From NCBI RefSeq assembly GCF_009914755.1, contig NC_060928.1: DNA of 64,000 nt, one strand, 5' to 3'. Below, one piece after another: positions 25,689 to 39,740 of the stretch (positions are counted from its first letter, which is position 1; the number at the start of each line of letters is the position of its first letter). The notes beneath the pieces are model-generated. The model was not told the origin of the DNA, made no database searches, and saw only the letters and a program-made list of their open reading frames with translations. Made by a program: the position numbers and the translations under genes. Source of the DNA: the human T2T-CHM13v2.0 reference genome, Homo sapiens.

Positions 25689-26408
25689 CTTCCATTAATA
25701 CCAATAAAAAACTACAGCAGAATTATTCATGAGCAGGCTACTGTTCCAGACTTTGGTTCTAATTTCCTGATAACAAAAATGGCTGCAACTTAACAATAGG
25801 TTGTGTACAGTAAGCTCAGAATAGACATTTTTTAATACATAAAGAAATAACTAGGTAAAAGACATAGGTCCTGTGAAAGGTAAAATGATTCTTTCACTTA
25901 TTAAAATTTCCCTTAAAATAAGGTAGGAAATTATAGTTCTCATAAAAATCACATGGAATATTAAGAGAGCATGACTAATTCCCAAGAAATTCAGAGTTTG
26001 AAAAAGTCATGTTTTTGTTTAGCATAAATCCAAATATTTATATGTTATGTAAAATACTTGGCATTTAAACTCCATGTCTAAAACTTTCTTGGATGATTAA
26101 TATAGCAAATTTCATTTACTCATTAAAAATACATAATCAGTAGAAGTGAAATATAATGAGGTGACATTTAGAGATGCGTAAAAACAATTTTCTCATTTGT
26201 CCCTTGGATACTGTTAGGTAAAAATAAAATGCATATTTTAAAAGATGCATAATTGTATGCAATGTTCTTTCCTTTATAGAATTTTCACATGTTCATGTTG
26301 TCTTGACATGATTTCTTCATTTAAAAACAAATTATAGCCATGATTTTATTTATGGCTATCTCATACTTCTTCATAAAATTTTAAAAATCTAATAGACAAA
26401 GTTTAAAT

Positions 26409-26495
26409 TAGTGCTTCTAAAATTTGAATGTGTTTATAAATCACCTGGGGATCTTGTTACAAATTCAAATTGCTCCCTGGTGATGCTGACATCAC
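26409..26495. mobile_element. MER5 fragment
   Basis: 'agtgcttctaaaatttgaatgtg..aatcacctggggatcttgtta..ccctggtgatgctga'. Confidence 0.55.
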
Positions 26496-27669
26496 ATTCA
26501 GTGGCAATGTCTAAATAAAACTGGCTTCTCACACTCAGAGGCACAAAACCAAGTAGCCATGCTTTAAGAGCTATAATTTTGCCCCTTGCACCTTGTACAA
26601 ATTCAGAATAAAATTGCTTCATTTGATATTTGCTTGGAGATTTCAACAAACTATAGACTGTTTGAAATTTTTAAATGTTAATCTTTTTACAAAAGTAACA
26701 CATTTGTCTGCCTCCGGGAAACCAATTCCAGATTTTAGCAACATTCTTTGTGTTCCTCTACAGTCTGTGATTCCATCCATGCCCATATTTCTTATTTTTA
26801 AGAAATATGGGAATTTGGACAATGGAGGTGGAATGTATGTTTCCATGCTTTATACTAAAATTTACTTTTGGGGAGGGATAACTTCTGAAAATGTTTATGA
26901 AAGACACCTTTAGTTCTAATGGCTTTCCTAATCCTTACTGAACATTAAAAAAAAAAAAAAAAAGAAAAGAAACACAGTGTTCTGGATAAAAGTCTAACAG
27001 TCCGGAGTAACTCTCCAGAATGATTTAATGATCTTACAGCAAGCTCTCTCACATAATAGAGGATAGGATCTGCTTTGAGGGAAAAAAAAAACAAAAACAA
27101 AGCAAAAAAAAAAAAAAAACTTTAATGACTCTCACTGCCTGTAACATGAAGTCCACACTTCACTTTTCAGCAGAACACACAGGCTTTCAGAATCTGACAC
27201 TCCCTGGCCATTGTATTCTCTCACAACTCATACACTCACTCCACAGGCCCATCCTGTCTGTGACTGTGCTGTGCTTCTCATGTCTGTGCCCCTGCGTGTG
27301 TTTTTCCTTGATCTGAAGCACTCTGATTTGCCTGTCTCACTCATTCACTCTTCTTGAAGATCGCATCTAACGTTTCCAGTCAGAATCTGGGGCTTTCCTT
27401 TATATCTTCCCAATCCTGTTACAGCACTTATGTCATGGCTGAAATTCTTCGCTTGCAATAGATTGTGACCCTCTCTAGGATAAGCATATTCCAGTCATGT
27501 CCATATTCCGGTGCCAAGTGCAGTGTATTGTGACAGATTCTTGATGAATGTCCAGTGAATTGACAACTAAATGAGTTTTATTTCCAATAATATATATTAG
27601 AAACTATAAACATGTATTTTGAACACAGATGCTAAAAAGCTGCTCAAAAATTGTCGCAAATAGAAAGGG

Positions 27670-27955
27670 ATGGGAGATATGACAAGTAAATGCAATATGG
27701 ATCCTGAATTGGATCCTGGAATAGAAAATAGAGGTGAGTTAAAAATTGGTGGAATCCAAGAAAAAAAGGTATGTTGTTAATAGCATTGTACCAATGTTAA
27801 TTTCTTAGTTTTGACAAAAGTAATATGAAAAATTACAATTATGTAAGATGTTAACATCAGGAGAAGCTGGGTAATGAGTGTATCAGAACACTCTGTAGTA
27901 GCCTCATAATATTTATGTAAATCTAAAATTGTTCCATAATAGAAAGTTAAAAGAA
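27670..27955 (+). mobile_element. Ancient L1M (L1MC/ME) 3' end
   Basis: 'aaatgcaatatggatcctgaattggatcctggaa..ccaatgttaatttcttagttttgacaa..gtaagatgttaacat..gtaaatctaaaattgttcc'. Confidence 0.7.
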
Positions 27956-29519
27956 AGTCTGCTCAAATCATAGTCTCAAGCTAGATTTCCTAAGTCATTT
28001 AGTCATTCAATAAATATTTACTGAAAATGTCTAACATATAGTAAGTGTTCAAAAATACTTCTTGAATGAACGACTGCTACATGAATAATAGGACATATGA
28101 TGACTTTCTTTCTTGGACATGCCATTGTTAAAGTCACTGGTAAATTAGCTAACAAAGGAAGCCAGTACTGTTGTCCGAATATCACAATTTCAGTGAGGGG
28201 ACTCGATAGTATTCTTTAGCCCACTAGTTAATTAGTACTAAGATTTTCATGCCACTTAACTGTTTCTTTAAGCAACAAATAAAGATGATACCAGGTGGAA
28301 CATTTTTCTTTAAAGGCAACAAAATAGGAAAGATATCAGTGAAATAGACAATATTATATGCAAAATTGTAATATGAAGTGCAAAATTATTTTAAGTAAAC
28401 AACACAGTTTATGTGTTGAGATAACAAATAAGTGGTTTGGGGGACAATGAACAAATAACAAATCCGGAGTGGTAACATGGCTTTCAATATTAAATATCTG
28501 CATTAGCATTTAGATAGTATATTTATCAATTTCAAATAAAAACACCTATAAATTTGTGTTTTCATCAAAAGACTACAAAGCGAAACTTACTGTGATAGTT
28601 ATACATTTAGTCAAAAGAAGCTAAGTGTTCAACCAGCAAGAGTCCCTATGGCTAACCCATCCTCACTTAACTCAGAAGATTTATTCACTTTATAGCTATA
28701 TTATTAGAATCTTCAGAAAATGATTTTTATTTTTCTTCCAAATGTAGAGACTCTATGTGACTTTTATTAAATTAATTACTATTTTTAAATGCTAAATAAT
28801 TATATAAAGGTAAACAATAGAATCTGAATGTTTTAATACATTTTATTTGAATTTACTAACAGAAATTTTCTAGTTACAGCTGACAATAATTTTTTCTTTG
28901 AAAATATAGCTACTCAATTAAACTGTGATACTACATTCTAAATCATGCATTAAATTTTACCATCATTAATATAATGTGACAAATGTATTTTCAAAATTCT
29001 GTGTATGTGTGTAGTAACTATAATGAAAAATTAACCTTAACAGTAGTTCTAAAGTTTCTTATGGTTAAGTCCATGCAGCAGAACAAACTAGTATAAAACA
29101 TAGTAAATGGCCTTGTGTTGCTCAGGAAACTATATCATCCACTGATTTGAAATTTGCTTTGAATATACAAAAGTTCTTATCAAGAATGCTTTGTTTTGCT
29201 GTCAAAAGCTTAGCTTTTTTTAAAAAGTTTTTTAAAAATGTGTTTTAGTCCCCAAAAAAGTAATGAAGAAGGGAAGTGAGATATCAAATTGAGTGAGCAG
29301 CTACTTTAATAGGTGGCAGATATATACATGTAAACTGAACTCTTGGTTTCCTTTATTCTGAAACTTAACTCTTTTCTATTGTTTCCTGATAAGGAAATAG
29401 CTCTATTTGTCAGTCATGGAATTTCTCACGCCAAAAAAATTTAAGTCATTGTTGACAATTTATAACCTTTACACCCAACTTTCACCCTGTAAGTGGACCC
29501 ACTCTACTTACATTGTATA

Positions 29520-29971
29520 TCATGAATCTAACCAGCTCTCTGTACATCCACAATTACCATCCAGATATGATCTGCACTTGTCTCTTCACAGGCTCCTGCA
29601 ATAGCCTCCTAATGAACTCCCTGCTCAATTCATGTTTCTCTAAAGTTTATTTGCCATGCTGCATTCAGAAAGTCTTTTAAAAAATGAATATTTCCAATCA
29701 TATTTTATTCACATTTAGAATAAAAAACAGAGCCTTACAATAAGAGCCCGAAAGACTCTTCATATCTGTTCCCTGGACACTTCTCAACTCCCTTTTATCC
29801 CTCACTTCTGCTTCAGCCATTCTTGCTAGAACATTTATAACATTCCTGTCTGATGGCCTTTGCACAGGAACATCTTTGCCTTCAGATGTTCAAATTTTAC
29901 CTTCTCTGACAGCTGTAATTTGACCTCTTTAAAACAGCAAACTTTTGCTTTCCCAAATGACTTTCAATCAA

Positions 29972-30006
<35 letters not shown>

Positions 30007-30206
30007 GTCATTGCATTTATCATCTGACTTAATACATAAATATTTATTATCCATCTCTTTACACTAGAAAATTAGATATGATGACTGTTGTTACAAAGTT
30101 ATGGACTTTATTCATTTCCCAATGGATATTCAGTGTCCAGAAGCTTAAAACATACAATGTAGCAGGCATTTAATAATGATTAGTTTTGTAAATGAATAAA
30201 TGAATA
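29520..30206 (+). mobile_element. L2 LINE 3' region containing a (TG)n at about 29976-30003
   Basis: 'ctgcaatagcctcctaatgaactccctgc..ggcctttgcac..' ending in the L2 tail 'aatgaataaatgaat'. Confidence 0.7.
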
Positions 30207-30964
30207 CTTTTTTTGTTACTTTTGACAAAGAATATTGTCATACATTGTTTCCTTAAAAATGTAAGATGTTGACTATTTTACATATTGAGGAAAAACCTGG
30301 GGTTACACAACATATAACATTTAAAATTTAGCCTTTGTTAAGAGTAAGATTTAGTGAATTTGAACAATTTGAAGAATATTGTATTCATTCTATTTTCTTA
30401 CTTGATTTTTTTTTATATTGCTTAGTTGGCTGGTCTTTTAAGATCTACTGTAATCTAAAATTACAGGTAAAATTATTGTAAAAGAAGAGAGATCATTCTT
30501 GAAAATTTTTTCATTGTATGATGCACAAAATCTCACATTTGGGATGAATTCAGGAAGAATTTATTTTGACCAATAGAAAATAACAAAAATGACATTCTGG
30601 GGCTTCCGAATCCAGGCTTTAAAAGGATTTATAGCCTCCACTTTCACAAAGAGGGAACTCATCTACCACGGAAAGCTGTCTAGACCATCTGTTCTCACTG
30701 AGGAATTAGAGACATTTAGAAAAATGAAGGCAATTTGAAGAAAAACTGAGGCTCCCCAGCCAAATGCCAGCTAGAGACCCCAGAAATGTAGGTGAGGTTA
30801 TCTGAGAATCTGTTCCCCAGGTTGATCTACCATACACAGTACCACATGGAGCAGAGAAGAGCTGTTTCTGCTGAACTGTACACAAATACCTGACTCAGAA
30901 TTGTGAGCAAATACAATTATGGGTGTTTTAAGCGACTAAAATTCAGAGTAGTTCATTAAGCAGC

Positions 30965-32941
30965 TGTGCTAGTCTGCTCAGGTTGCAATTTTAAAATTCA
31001 TATGGAACCAAAAAAGAGCCCAAATAGCCAAAGCAATCCTAAGCAAAACAACAACAACAACAACAAAAAAAAACAACAAAAAAACAAAAAACACAAAACA
31101 AACAAAAAAAAAGCTGGAGGCATAGTGATACCCATCTTCAAACTATACTACAGGGCTACAGTAACCAAGACAGCATGGTATTGGTACAAAAACAAGCACA
31201 TAGACCAATGGAACACAATAGAGAGCCCAGGAATAAAACCACACGTTTATGACCATCTGATCTTTGACAAAGCTGACAAAAACAAGCAATGGAGAAAAGA
31301 CTCCCTAGTCAATAAATGGTGTTAGGATAACTGAGTAGCCATGCACAGAAGATTGAAACTGGACCCCTTCCTTACGCTATATAAAAAAATCAACTTAAGA
31401 GAGATTATGGACTTAAATGTAAAATCTAAAAATATAAAAACCTTGAAAGACAACCTAGTCAATACCATCCTGGACATAGGAATGGGAAAATATTTCATAA
31501 TGAAAACACCAAAAATAATTGCAACAAATGCAATAAAATTGACTAATGGGATCTAATTAAACTGAGAGTTTCTGCTCAGCAAAAGAAACTATTAACAGAG
31601 TAAACAGACAAGCTACACAATGGGAGAAAATATTTGTAACTATGCACCTGACAAAGGTCTAAAATCCAACATGTATAAGGAACAAATTTATAAGAGGAAA
31701 AAAACCCCATTAAAAAGCGAGCAAAGGACATGAACAGATGCTTTTCAAAAGATAATATACATGCGGCCAACAAGCATATGGAAAAAAGCTCAATATCACT
31801 GATCGTTAGAGAAATGCACGTCAAAACCACAGTGAGATACCATCTCACACCAGTCAGAATGTCTATTATGAAAAAGTCAAAAACGACAGATGCTGGTGAG
31901 ATTGTAGAAGAAAGGGAACACTCATACACTGTTGGTGGGAATGTAAATTATTTCAACCGTTGTGGAAAGCAGTATAGAGATTCCTCAAAGAGCTAAAAGC
32001 AGAACTACCATTAGACCCAGCAATCCTGTTACTGGGTATATAACCAGAGGAATATAAATCATTCTATCATAAAGACACATGAAGACAAATGTTCATTGCA
32101 GCAATATACACAATAGCAAAGACATGGAATCAACCTAAATGTCCATCAATGACAGATTAGATAAAGAAAACTTGGTACATTTACATTACGGAATACTATG
32201 CAACCATAAAAAAGAATGAGCTTGTGCCTTTTGAGGGAACATGGGTAGAACTGGAGGCTATTATCCTTAGCAAACTAACGCAGGAATAGAAAACAAAATA
32301 CTGCATATCTTCACTTGTAAGTGGGAGCTAAATGATGGAACTCATGAACACAAAGAAGGGAACAACAGACACTGGTGTCTACTTGAGTGTGGAGGGTGGG
32401 AGGAGGGAGAGGAGTGGGAAAAATAGCTATTGAGTACCAGGCTTAATACCTGGGCGATGAAATAATCTGCACAATAAACCTCTGTTACATGTGTTTACCT
32501 ATATAACAAACCTTCGCATGTACCCTTGAAACTAAAATAAAAGATAAAAAAAAAAAAAACAGACTGGGTATCTTAAATAACACAAATTTATTTCTCACAA
32601 TTCTAGGGACTAGACGTCCAAAATCAAGGTGCTGTCAGGGCTGGTTTCTGGTGAGGCCTCATTTTCTAGCTTATAGACAGCCACCCTGTCACTGTGACCT
32701 CACATGAGTTTTCCTCTGTGTGCATGTGGAGAGTTCCCTGATGTCTGTCTCTCTGTCTCTCTTTTTCAATATGAGGACCCAACCCTGTTGGATTAGGGTC
32801 CCATCCTCATATAACCTTAATTTTCTCCCTAAAGAACCTCTCTCCAAAGATAGTCACATTAGGGGGTTATGGAACCAAATGTTTCTATTCATAGGCCTCA
32901 GCCTGTGAATTTTTGGGAGGGATACATTTCAGTCCTTAACA
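30965..32941 (-). mobile_element. MLT1A-like MaLR LTR split by an L1 (pieces 30965-30986 and 32560-32941)
   Basis: 'tgtgctagtctgctcaggttgc' resumes as 'cagactgggtatcttaaataacacaaatttatttctcacaattct...acatttcagtccttaaca'. Perfect 5-bp TSD gcagc (30960-30964 and 32942-32946). Confidence 0.82.
30987..32559 (+). mobile_element. 5'-truncated older L1PA (about PA15-16): ORF2 C-terminus, 3'UTR and poly-A
   Basis: ORF2 remnants '[25 protein letters not shown]', 'LKLDPFLT', '[26 protein letters not shown]', with stops and frameshifts. Tail at 32545-32559. Confidence 0.92.
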
Positions 32942-35287
32942 GCAGCAATAACTTAAACACTCATCTATAGAATAGCTGTCAATAACCATTACTCAATTCC
33001 ATATTGACCTTCCATGTAATAAAGGTGTTTGTGATCTTACTGAGCATTAATAGTCCTAGAGAAAATTAACACATATGACATTGCTCTTTCTTATATTTAA
33101 AATGAGTTCTAATGCTGTCATTGAAAATAATAAAAGTCAAATATACTTCCTTTACTATTAATCTGTGGAAGTGGCTGAATCCTGTTGAATTTTAAAAAGA
33201 ATTAATTGACTTAAGTGGAAGCAAAAAATAATAAAGAAGAGTCATATGAGATGGTGTCACTATGCCATTCATTTAAACCTTTTCACGTGCTACCCTTCTC
33301 CACGAGTCTCTTGTCCTATCTCGGTTTACCATGAGCTGAAGCAGCATTATATGATCAAAGGGACACTCAACTGTCATGGTTGACAGGCTTGCTTATTATT
33401 CTTTCTTAGTAAATGCCTTTGATATTCTCTGATCTAAAATTTTATGTAACTTCTCTTTGACGCCTTTTTCCCAAAGTTAAAAATAAGATTAAACATACTT
33501 TCCTCTGAAACACAGTGGGACTAAAGGCACTGATGCTCTGAGGATAACTGCACTAATTTTCATGATTATGCTTGGAATTCCAGGAAGAAAGGTTTTAAGT
33601 AGAAGAGCATATTATTATTTTGTAGAAGAGTTTCACTGTGCTGTAACGTTTTTCATTTGTTTAATTTACTGGATATGGCTCAGTTTTCTGGGGACAAAGT
33701 GGACAATTTTAACATTTGTTTTTACTTTAAAATTAAGAAACAGTTGTCTGTTAAAATGTTTAAAATAGGACTTACTCTAACTTGCAAAAATAGAACATTT
33801 TAACAGTTAACACTAAATGAAAATTGCTGTTATTTCTGTTAAGTTTTGTGTCTAAAAATGTTTTCTAATATTTCCCACCAACCCTAAAGCCAATAGCCTA
33901 AATCTTGGGAGATTTTCCATTGGAAGCAACTGCAATTAACAAACTAATAGACTTATTCATAATCCAGGTGGTCTTAGACACTAAAAGTGCAAGCTGACAT
34001 CATTTGGGACCAGAAACAAATATTTATTGGACATCTTCATTACCCTAGACCTTGTGCTAGGTTCTAGTAAACAATAAGATAACTCAGGAGAGGGGCGGAG
34101 GTGTGGAATTGGGGGTTGGGGCCAAAGGAGGTTTTAAGGTGGAGGTAGCTAGATAAGAAAAATGAAGTAAAATCACAAAATTTACAGGTCCATAGTTCTT
34201 ATTTTTCTTATTTAAATGGTGTAAGGAATGATTTAAAAATATGCTATGATTATGACCTAAATTTGAAAAGCAGGTCTTTATTGTATCCGTATTGTGTACT
34301 ACAACTGTGAAGGAAATGTACATTCTGCTTAGGCATTCAAATCTGAATAATAAAGTTAGAAATTGTTTAAGGCATAAAATGGAAGCTTTTCTATTCTCCT
34401 TAATTTTAAAACTTTAGATACCGTAGTAATATATTTACAAAAATGTTTTCAGCATTCTAGTAAAAAATAATTTTATAATGAATTTAGTATAAATTCAAAT
34501 CTTCTTAAAATCCTATACCACTTTTTTTTAAAATAAGCTTTTTAAAGCGATTTTTAAAAATGATTTAGAGCATAGAGTTTTATTTTGCTTCTTTGGTAAA
34601 ACTTCAATGACTTTTATATAAGGACATGACATCTGGCTTGATCCCATAACGTAAGTACTCTGAACAACAGAGCCTGTATATTCAATACATTCTAAAAAAT
34701 ATCCACATTTATTTCCACTCAACAGGTTTTTCTAGAGGGCACTACATTTCTCTACAGAACCTTGTATTGCAAAACATCTGGGTCAGAATAAAATCATATG
34801 CTCTTAAGGAATAATGGTTTTAATACAATCAACCTTCCAAAAATCCACTAAAATAAATTTACAAGACACAACTGATTTTTAAAAACTTACATACACAAAT
34901 GCACTGATTATACATCAGCCCTTTAACACTGTGACACAGCCTAAGGCATTAGTGTACTTTGACTGTAGAGATCAAATTAACACAAAAATGCTTCATCAAT
35001 ATAAGGTCTATATTTTTCTCAGAGGTTTCTAGTGACTTTATAACCTCCAAAAAATTCTTGTTGGTTTTTCTTTCTCGGCAGACCATATTGGTAACCAGTT
35101 GATAACAAAATGACATAGGAATTGAAAACCGATGATACCGAGTTAAGATACATTTTACTATTCTCCTTAGTGAATTACAGTTTATAAAGGGAAGTTTTAT
35201 GGATCATTGAAAGGTGAAGCTAATGTAAGATTACTGCAGAGATCATTAAGGCCAAATATAACATTTTCAAGAGATTGTCACTGATGT

Positions 35288-35780
35288 GTAATAGCTAGTC
35301 GTCAAAGATGGTCCTATGATAAACCATGCTTCCAAGTATTCACACCCACAATTCCCTTCCCTTAAATCAGGACTTGATTTGTGATTAATTTGACAAATAA
35401 AATATGGTAGAATTGATGCTATGCTAATTCCAGGTCTTTCAGAATTCTTTTTCTCTCTCTGAAGCAACCTCTGTCATGCAATGAAGCACCTACCCTAAGA
35501 CTATTATCCTGTGAAAAACTCAAGTCATATAGAGAGGCCCTGAAGGATGAAATACTGAGCACAGAAAGAAAGTGAGCGAAGAAACAGTCATGGACATCCA
35601 GCCTAGTCCAACTTTTGGAGTTCTCTAGCTCCAGCTACAATCCCACTGCAACAGTAAGAGACCTTATGCAAGAACTTCTCAGCTGAGCCCAGTAAACCCC
35701 CAGAACCATGAGGAATACTAATAAATTGTTGGTTGTTTTACTTTGGGGTAATTTGTTACTTGGCAATCAATAAGCCAAAG
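35288..35780 (+). mobile_element. MLT1 (G/H group) LTR
   Basis: 'caaagatggtcc..aaccatgcttccaagtattcacaccc..cagctgagcccagtaaacccccagaaccatgag..ttggggtaatttgttac'. Confidence 0.7.
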
Positions 35781-36164
35781 GGTTTTCTGGGACCCCAGAG
35801 CTCGAACAGGGTAATAACCTATTTCCTAATCATTTTCACAATCACCTGCACCGGTGCTTACCATCACTTCCTCTAAATATCTATAACATTTATTATACAA
35901 ATAATAATTTGATATTTAGCAAATTTTACTGGTGTATTGTTAGCTGTTAATTTATGTCTTCTTTGTCACTAATGAGAGAACAGAAAATAACTTTTTTTAA
36001 AAACTTCACTACGAGTAGAAACTCATAACTTAGTAGTTATTTAGTGATAACAATGATGATGTTTTGAAAACTAAGATTCATTACTATTTACTTAATAAAC
36101 TCAATGTGAGTAATTACTACAAACAGTGTGAGTTACGTTATGACAGTTTTTTTCCACCTGGAGA

Positions 36165-36302
36165 GCTACACTGCTGGGCTTCATCTTCCAGAGTTTCTGA
36201 TTCAGAAGGCCTAAAATAAGGCCCAAGAATTTACGTTTCTAACAACTTCCCAAGTGATGCTGGCACTGTAGGTCAAGGATCACACTTTGGGAACCCTGGC
36301 TT
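36165..36302. mobile_element. MER5A-like DNA transposon fragment
   Basis: 'ccagagtttctgattcagaaggcct..ggcccaagaatttacgtttctaacaacttcccaagtgatgctg..cacactttgggaacc'. Confidence 0.75.
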
Positions 36303-37034
36303 AAGATAATGCCAAAACTCTTTTTTCTAGGACTGTTGGTCAAAAATCTTGTAAATCAGGTCAAATAAATTTGTCTCCTCTGCTCTTCACTTTCTTATCC
36401 TCTGCTTCTCTCTCTTTTGATTCCTTGTTTCTATAACCCTTTTTCCATGGTAGTCTTCACAGCCATTTCTGCCTTCCCAGAGCCACTCCATCTACTAGGA
36501 TGTCCTCCAAGCACACAGAACATGCTAAAATTTTCCACTGCCTCAATTCAGATTCAGAAATATTGCATTAAATGATCATCTTTGAGCTTGTCCTGGATTG
36601 AGATTGTGCTTGATATTATTCTTGCATCAGCAGTGCCCAACACCGTGACTGAAATAAATAGTTGGTATCTAACAATTTTTAAGTAAAATTAAAGTCAATC
36701 GAAAGTGTATATTATTGATAGTTTTGCTATGACATTGCATGGCAAGGGTTCTATACAAGCTTCAGAATTATGTCTGTAAATTGAAAACAAATGAAACACC
36801 AGTGTTATATTTTTAAGAGGTTCAAAAAACTCAGATCTTAGGAGATGTTTATTAAGCACCTATGTTAACTTGAACTGGGAATAATGATAAATAGGGCACA
36901 ATTATAACACTCCAGGTACACACAAACTGGTGGAAGACAATTGGAAAGAGTTTCAAAATATGGAGATTCTAAGGACTCCATTCAAACGTGGGAAGGATCT
37001 CTCTTGTTAGGGATTGAGACATCAAGACATAGGC

Positions 37035-37250
37035 TTGCCTTGTGCCAGACGTCCACTACTCTGAGCACTTTATGTAAATCAATTCATTGAATCCTCATGC
37101 ACGCTCTACACAGTAAGACTATTATTTTCAGCATCCCCATTTTATAGATGAGGAAACTAATATATATGACGGATATAAGACAGAGAATAAGTGTACCAAT
37201 GGATTTCAACTTGGGCAGTTCAGAGTCTGGGTTCCTTATGGACTAAACTG
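37035..37250 (-). mobile_element. MIR SINE
   Basis: 'tgtgccagac..ctgagcactttatg..aatcctcat..catccccattttatagatgaggaaact'. Confidence 0.7.
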
Positions 37251-38344
37251 CATTTCTCTCATTTCTCTCTTACAATGGGATGGTAGGAGCTCCCAAAGGC
37301 AGCATCAAGGACCCAGACTTATCTCTGTCTTGTCTCTAGTACTACTGTACATGACATTTTAATCAAAATAGTTTATATGTTCACTCCTCAAATGGCACTG
37401 AATTTATATCTGCACTGTCTGAGAAGATTATAACACTGTATAGTTAAACCAAGTTGATCTATGTCAATTATTCCCAAATGAACAGATTCCTACAACTGAA
37501 AAACTACATAACTGGAGCACATAATGTGCATGCTTTGCTACTGAATCTCATGAATGTGTAACACAGATCGTGATAGGTTCAATCAGTATGTCCTATACTT
37601 GATACCTAAGAATAGGTGCATTATCTCTATGAAGGAAAGGACATACTTTCATTTGTGCCTCTCACAATTTTTAGTGAAATTTATGATATACCCTGAGATT
37701 GAGAGATGACAGATACAATAACATAAACATTATAAAATTTAAGTATTTTTGGTATCTGATGCTACGGTTTATTACAAACAGCTACTGTTATAGATGGAAC
37801 TCTTACAAATATTGATTTTGTTTCAAAGAACTGAGGTTATTAATATTTCAATTTAGGTCTAATTATACTAAAATGTGCTATATTACACTAATACCAAAAT
37901 AAGCAATCTTACCATTTATAAACTGATGCTTCCAATGTAATTTAATAATCTGTTGTCTTTATAAACATAGTTATTTTGCATATAAGGGAGATGTTATTTC
38001 ATTGTAATTAGGTTATTTAAATTCCCCACCATTAAAAAAAACAGCTTTAGGGTATTAAATATGTTTTTCATAGCTATAGCCTGTAAATTTTTACCTAATT
38101 AATAGAATGAAAACTGAGCATCCAATTTCACAGTGTTTAAGCCTAACGACCAAAGTAATTCTAACATCAGTAAACATATAATGAACATCTATGTAACATT
38201 TATTGAACTAGATGCTCAGCATTAAAAAATGAATGAGAATACAATAATAGTAAGGGTGATGACAATAAACAATGCTTCCCACATAACAGGCAGTCAATAA
38301 ATATTTCTTGAGGAGGCAATATATAACTGAATTGAAGCTAATAT

Positions 38345-38545
38345 ATTAGGGCTTTTTCCATATGTCAGGCACTGTCCTAAACACTTTTATGTATTAAAGC
38401 ATTCCATTTTCCTCATATTCTTATTAGCATCACAATTTTACAGATAAGGAAATGAGGCTTTAGTGAGGGAATCACTTGTCCAGTGCCACACAGCTCTCCG
38501 GTAGCACAGCTGAGTTTCTATTCACAGGTTTGTTTACTTTAGAGC
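38345..38545 (-). mobile_element. MIR SINE
   Basis: 'tatgtcaggcactgtcctaaacactttt..attttacagataaggaaatgaggctt..aatcacttgtccagtgccacacagct'. Confidence 0.7.
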
Positions 38546-39346
38546 TCCAGCAGGAAAGTCACACTTGCAAATCTACCAAAAACTAGCGTGATTGTACGAT
38601 TGCAGACATGTAAAACAAGTCTTCTGACAGCACAAAGGAGGGAATTATTCTGATTCTATAAGATGAAAAATATTTTACAGCTGAGTTCCCTTTTTAGTTG
38701 GGCTTTTAAAAAACCAAACACCAAAGAACAGGAAAATCACATTCCGGGGGAGGGAAAATATGCCAGTATAGTTGTATATTCAGGCAGTGATGAATAGATC
38801 AATTTCTACTGCACTCAGAGAATACAAGGACCCTAGAGAGACTTGAAAGAAGAAATGTCTTTTGGAATCAGATCATTAAGGGACCTTGTATACCACGATA
38901 AGGAAATTAAATTTCCAATAAGGCAGTGGGAAGTAATCAAAGTCACTTAAGCAGAGGAGTGATATTGTCAAATTATCTTTCACTAATTTAACTTGTTGAC
39001 AGAGGTAAGGTCGCTTCTTGATAGAGATCAGTCAGGAGCAGTGAGCAGTGGGAATGAAGGGAAGGGGAAATAAGTGATCAGAGGCTGATACTTGATCTCA
39101 CTGTGCTGCTGCACGTCTCGTGGTCCATGTATTTTTAACTTTGAAGATATGTTTTAAGAAAGGCAAATCACTTTGGCAATTTGCATAACTAGCCCAGTCA
39201 AAACATTACAAGAGCAGTTTTTAAATCCACAGCTGTCAATGCCTTTCCTGCTTTCTTACTTTCTCTCTTATTATCCAGCCAGTTTCTCGGGTTCCCTTTA
39301 CTTCTATTAGTACAACATGGAGGATCATTCGTAGACAGTTGATGGC

Positions 39347-39740
39347 TGTCTTAGTCAGGGCTCTCCAGAGCAACAGAAATAAGAGGAGCTCTATCTACCT
39401 ATTCACCCATCTATCTATATCGATATCTATTGATATGTACATAAAGAGAGGGGGAATTTGTTATAAAAGTTTGGCTCATGTGATTATGGAGGCTAAGAAG
39501 CCTAAAATATGCAGTGTGGACTAGCAGGCTCGAGGCCCAGGAGAGCTGATGGTGTAGATAAACTCCAAACCCAGTCTGCTGGCAAATCCACTCTTGCCTG
39601 GGGAGGCTGGTCTTTTTGCTGTATTTAGACCTTCACCTGATTGGATGAGACCCACCCACATTATGAGTGCAATCTGCTTACTCAGAATTCACTGATTTAA
39701 ATGTTAATCTCATCCAAAACCATCTTCTAAAATCATTACT
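39347..39740 (-). mobile_element. MLT2 (ERVL) LTR
   Basis: 'tgtcttagtcagggctctccagag..ttggctcatgtgattatggaggct..gattggatgagacccacccacattatg..aatgttaatctcatccaaaa'. Confidence 0.8.

Larger units (their letters stand above)
30640..32959 (+). mobile_element. Old MLT1 (F-H group) LTR, 3' part about 30640-30964, with its last ~15 nt displaced to 32942-32959
   Basis: 'gaaaaactgaggctccccagccaa..atggagcagagaagagctg..agaattgtgagcaaat..ttttaagcgactaaaatt..gcagc|gcagcaataacttaaaca'. Confidence 0.65.

Noticed and set aside
26947-27120. Two nearby A-rich tracts as a retrocopy or tailed small-RNA insertion
   Set aside because: No recognisable SINE or RNA body and no TSD; treated as simple poly-A tracts.
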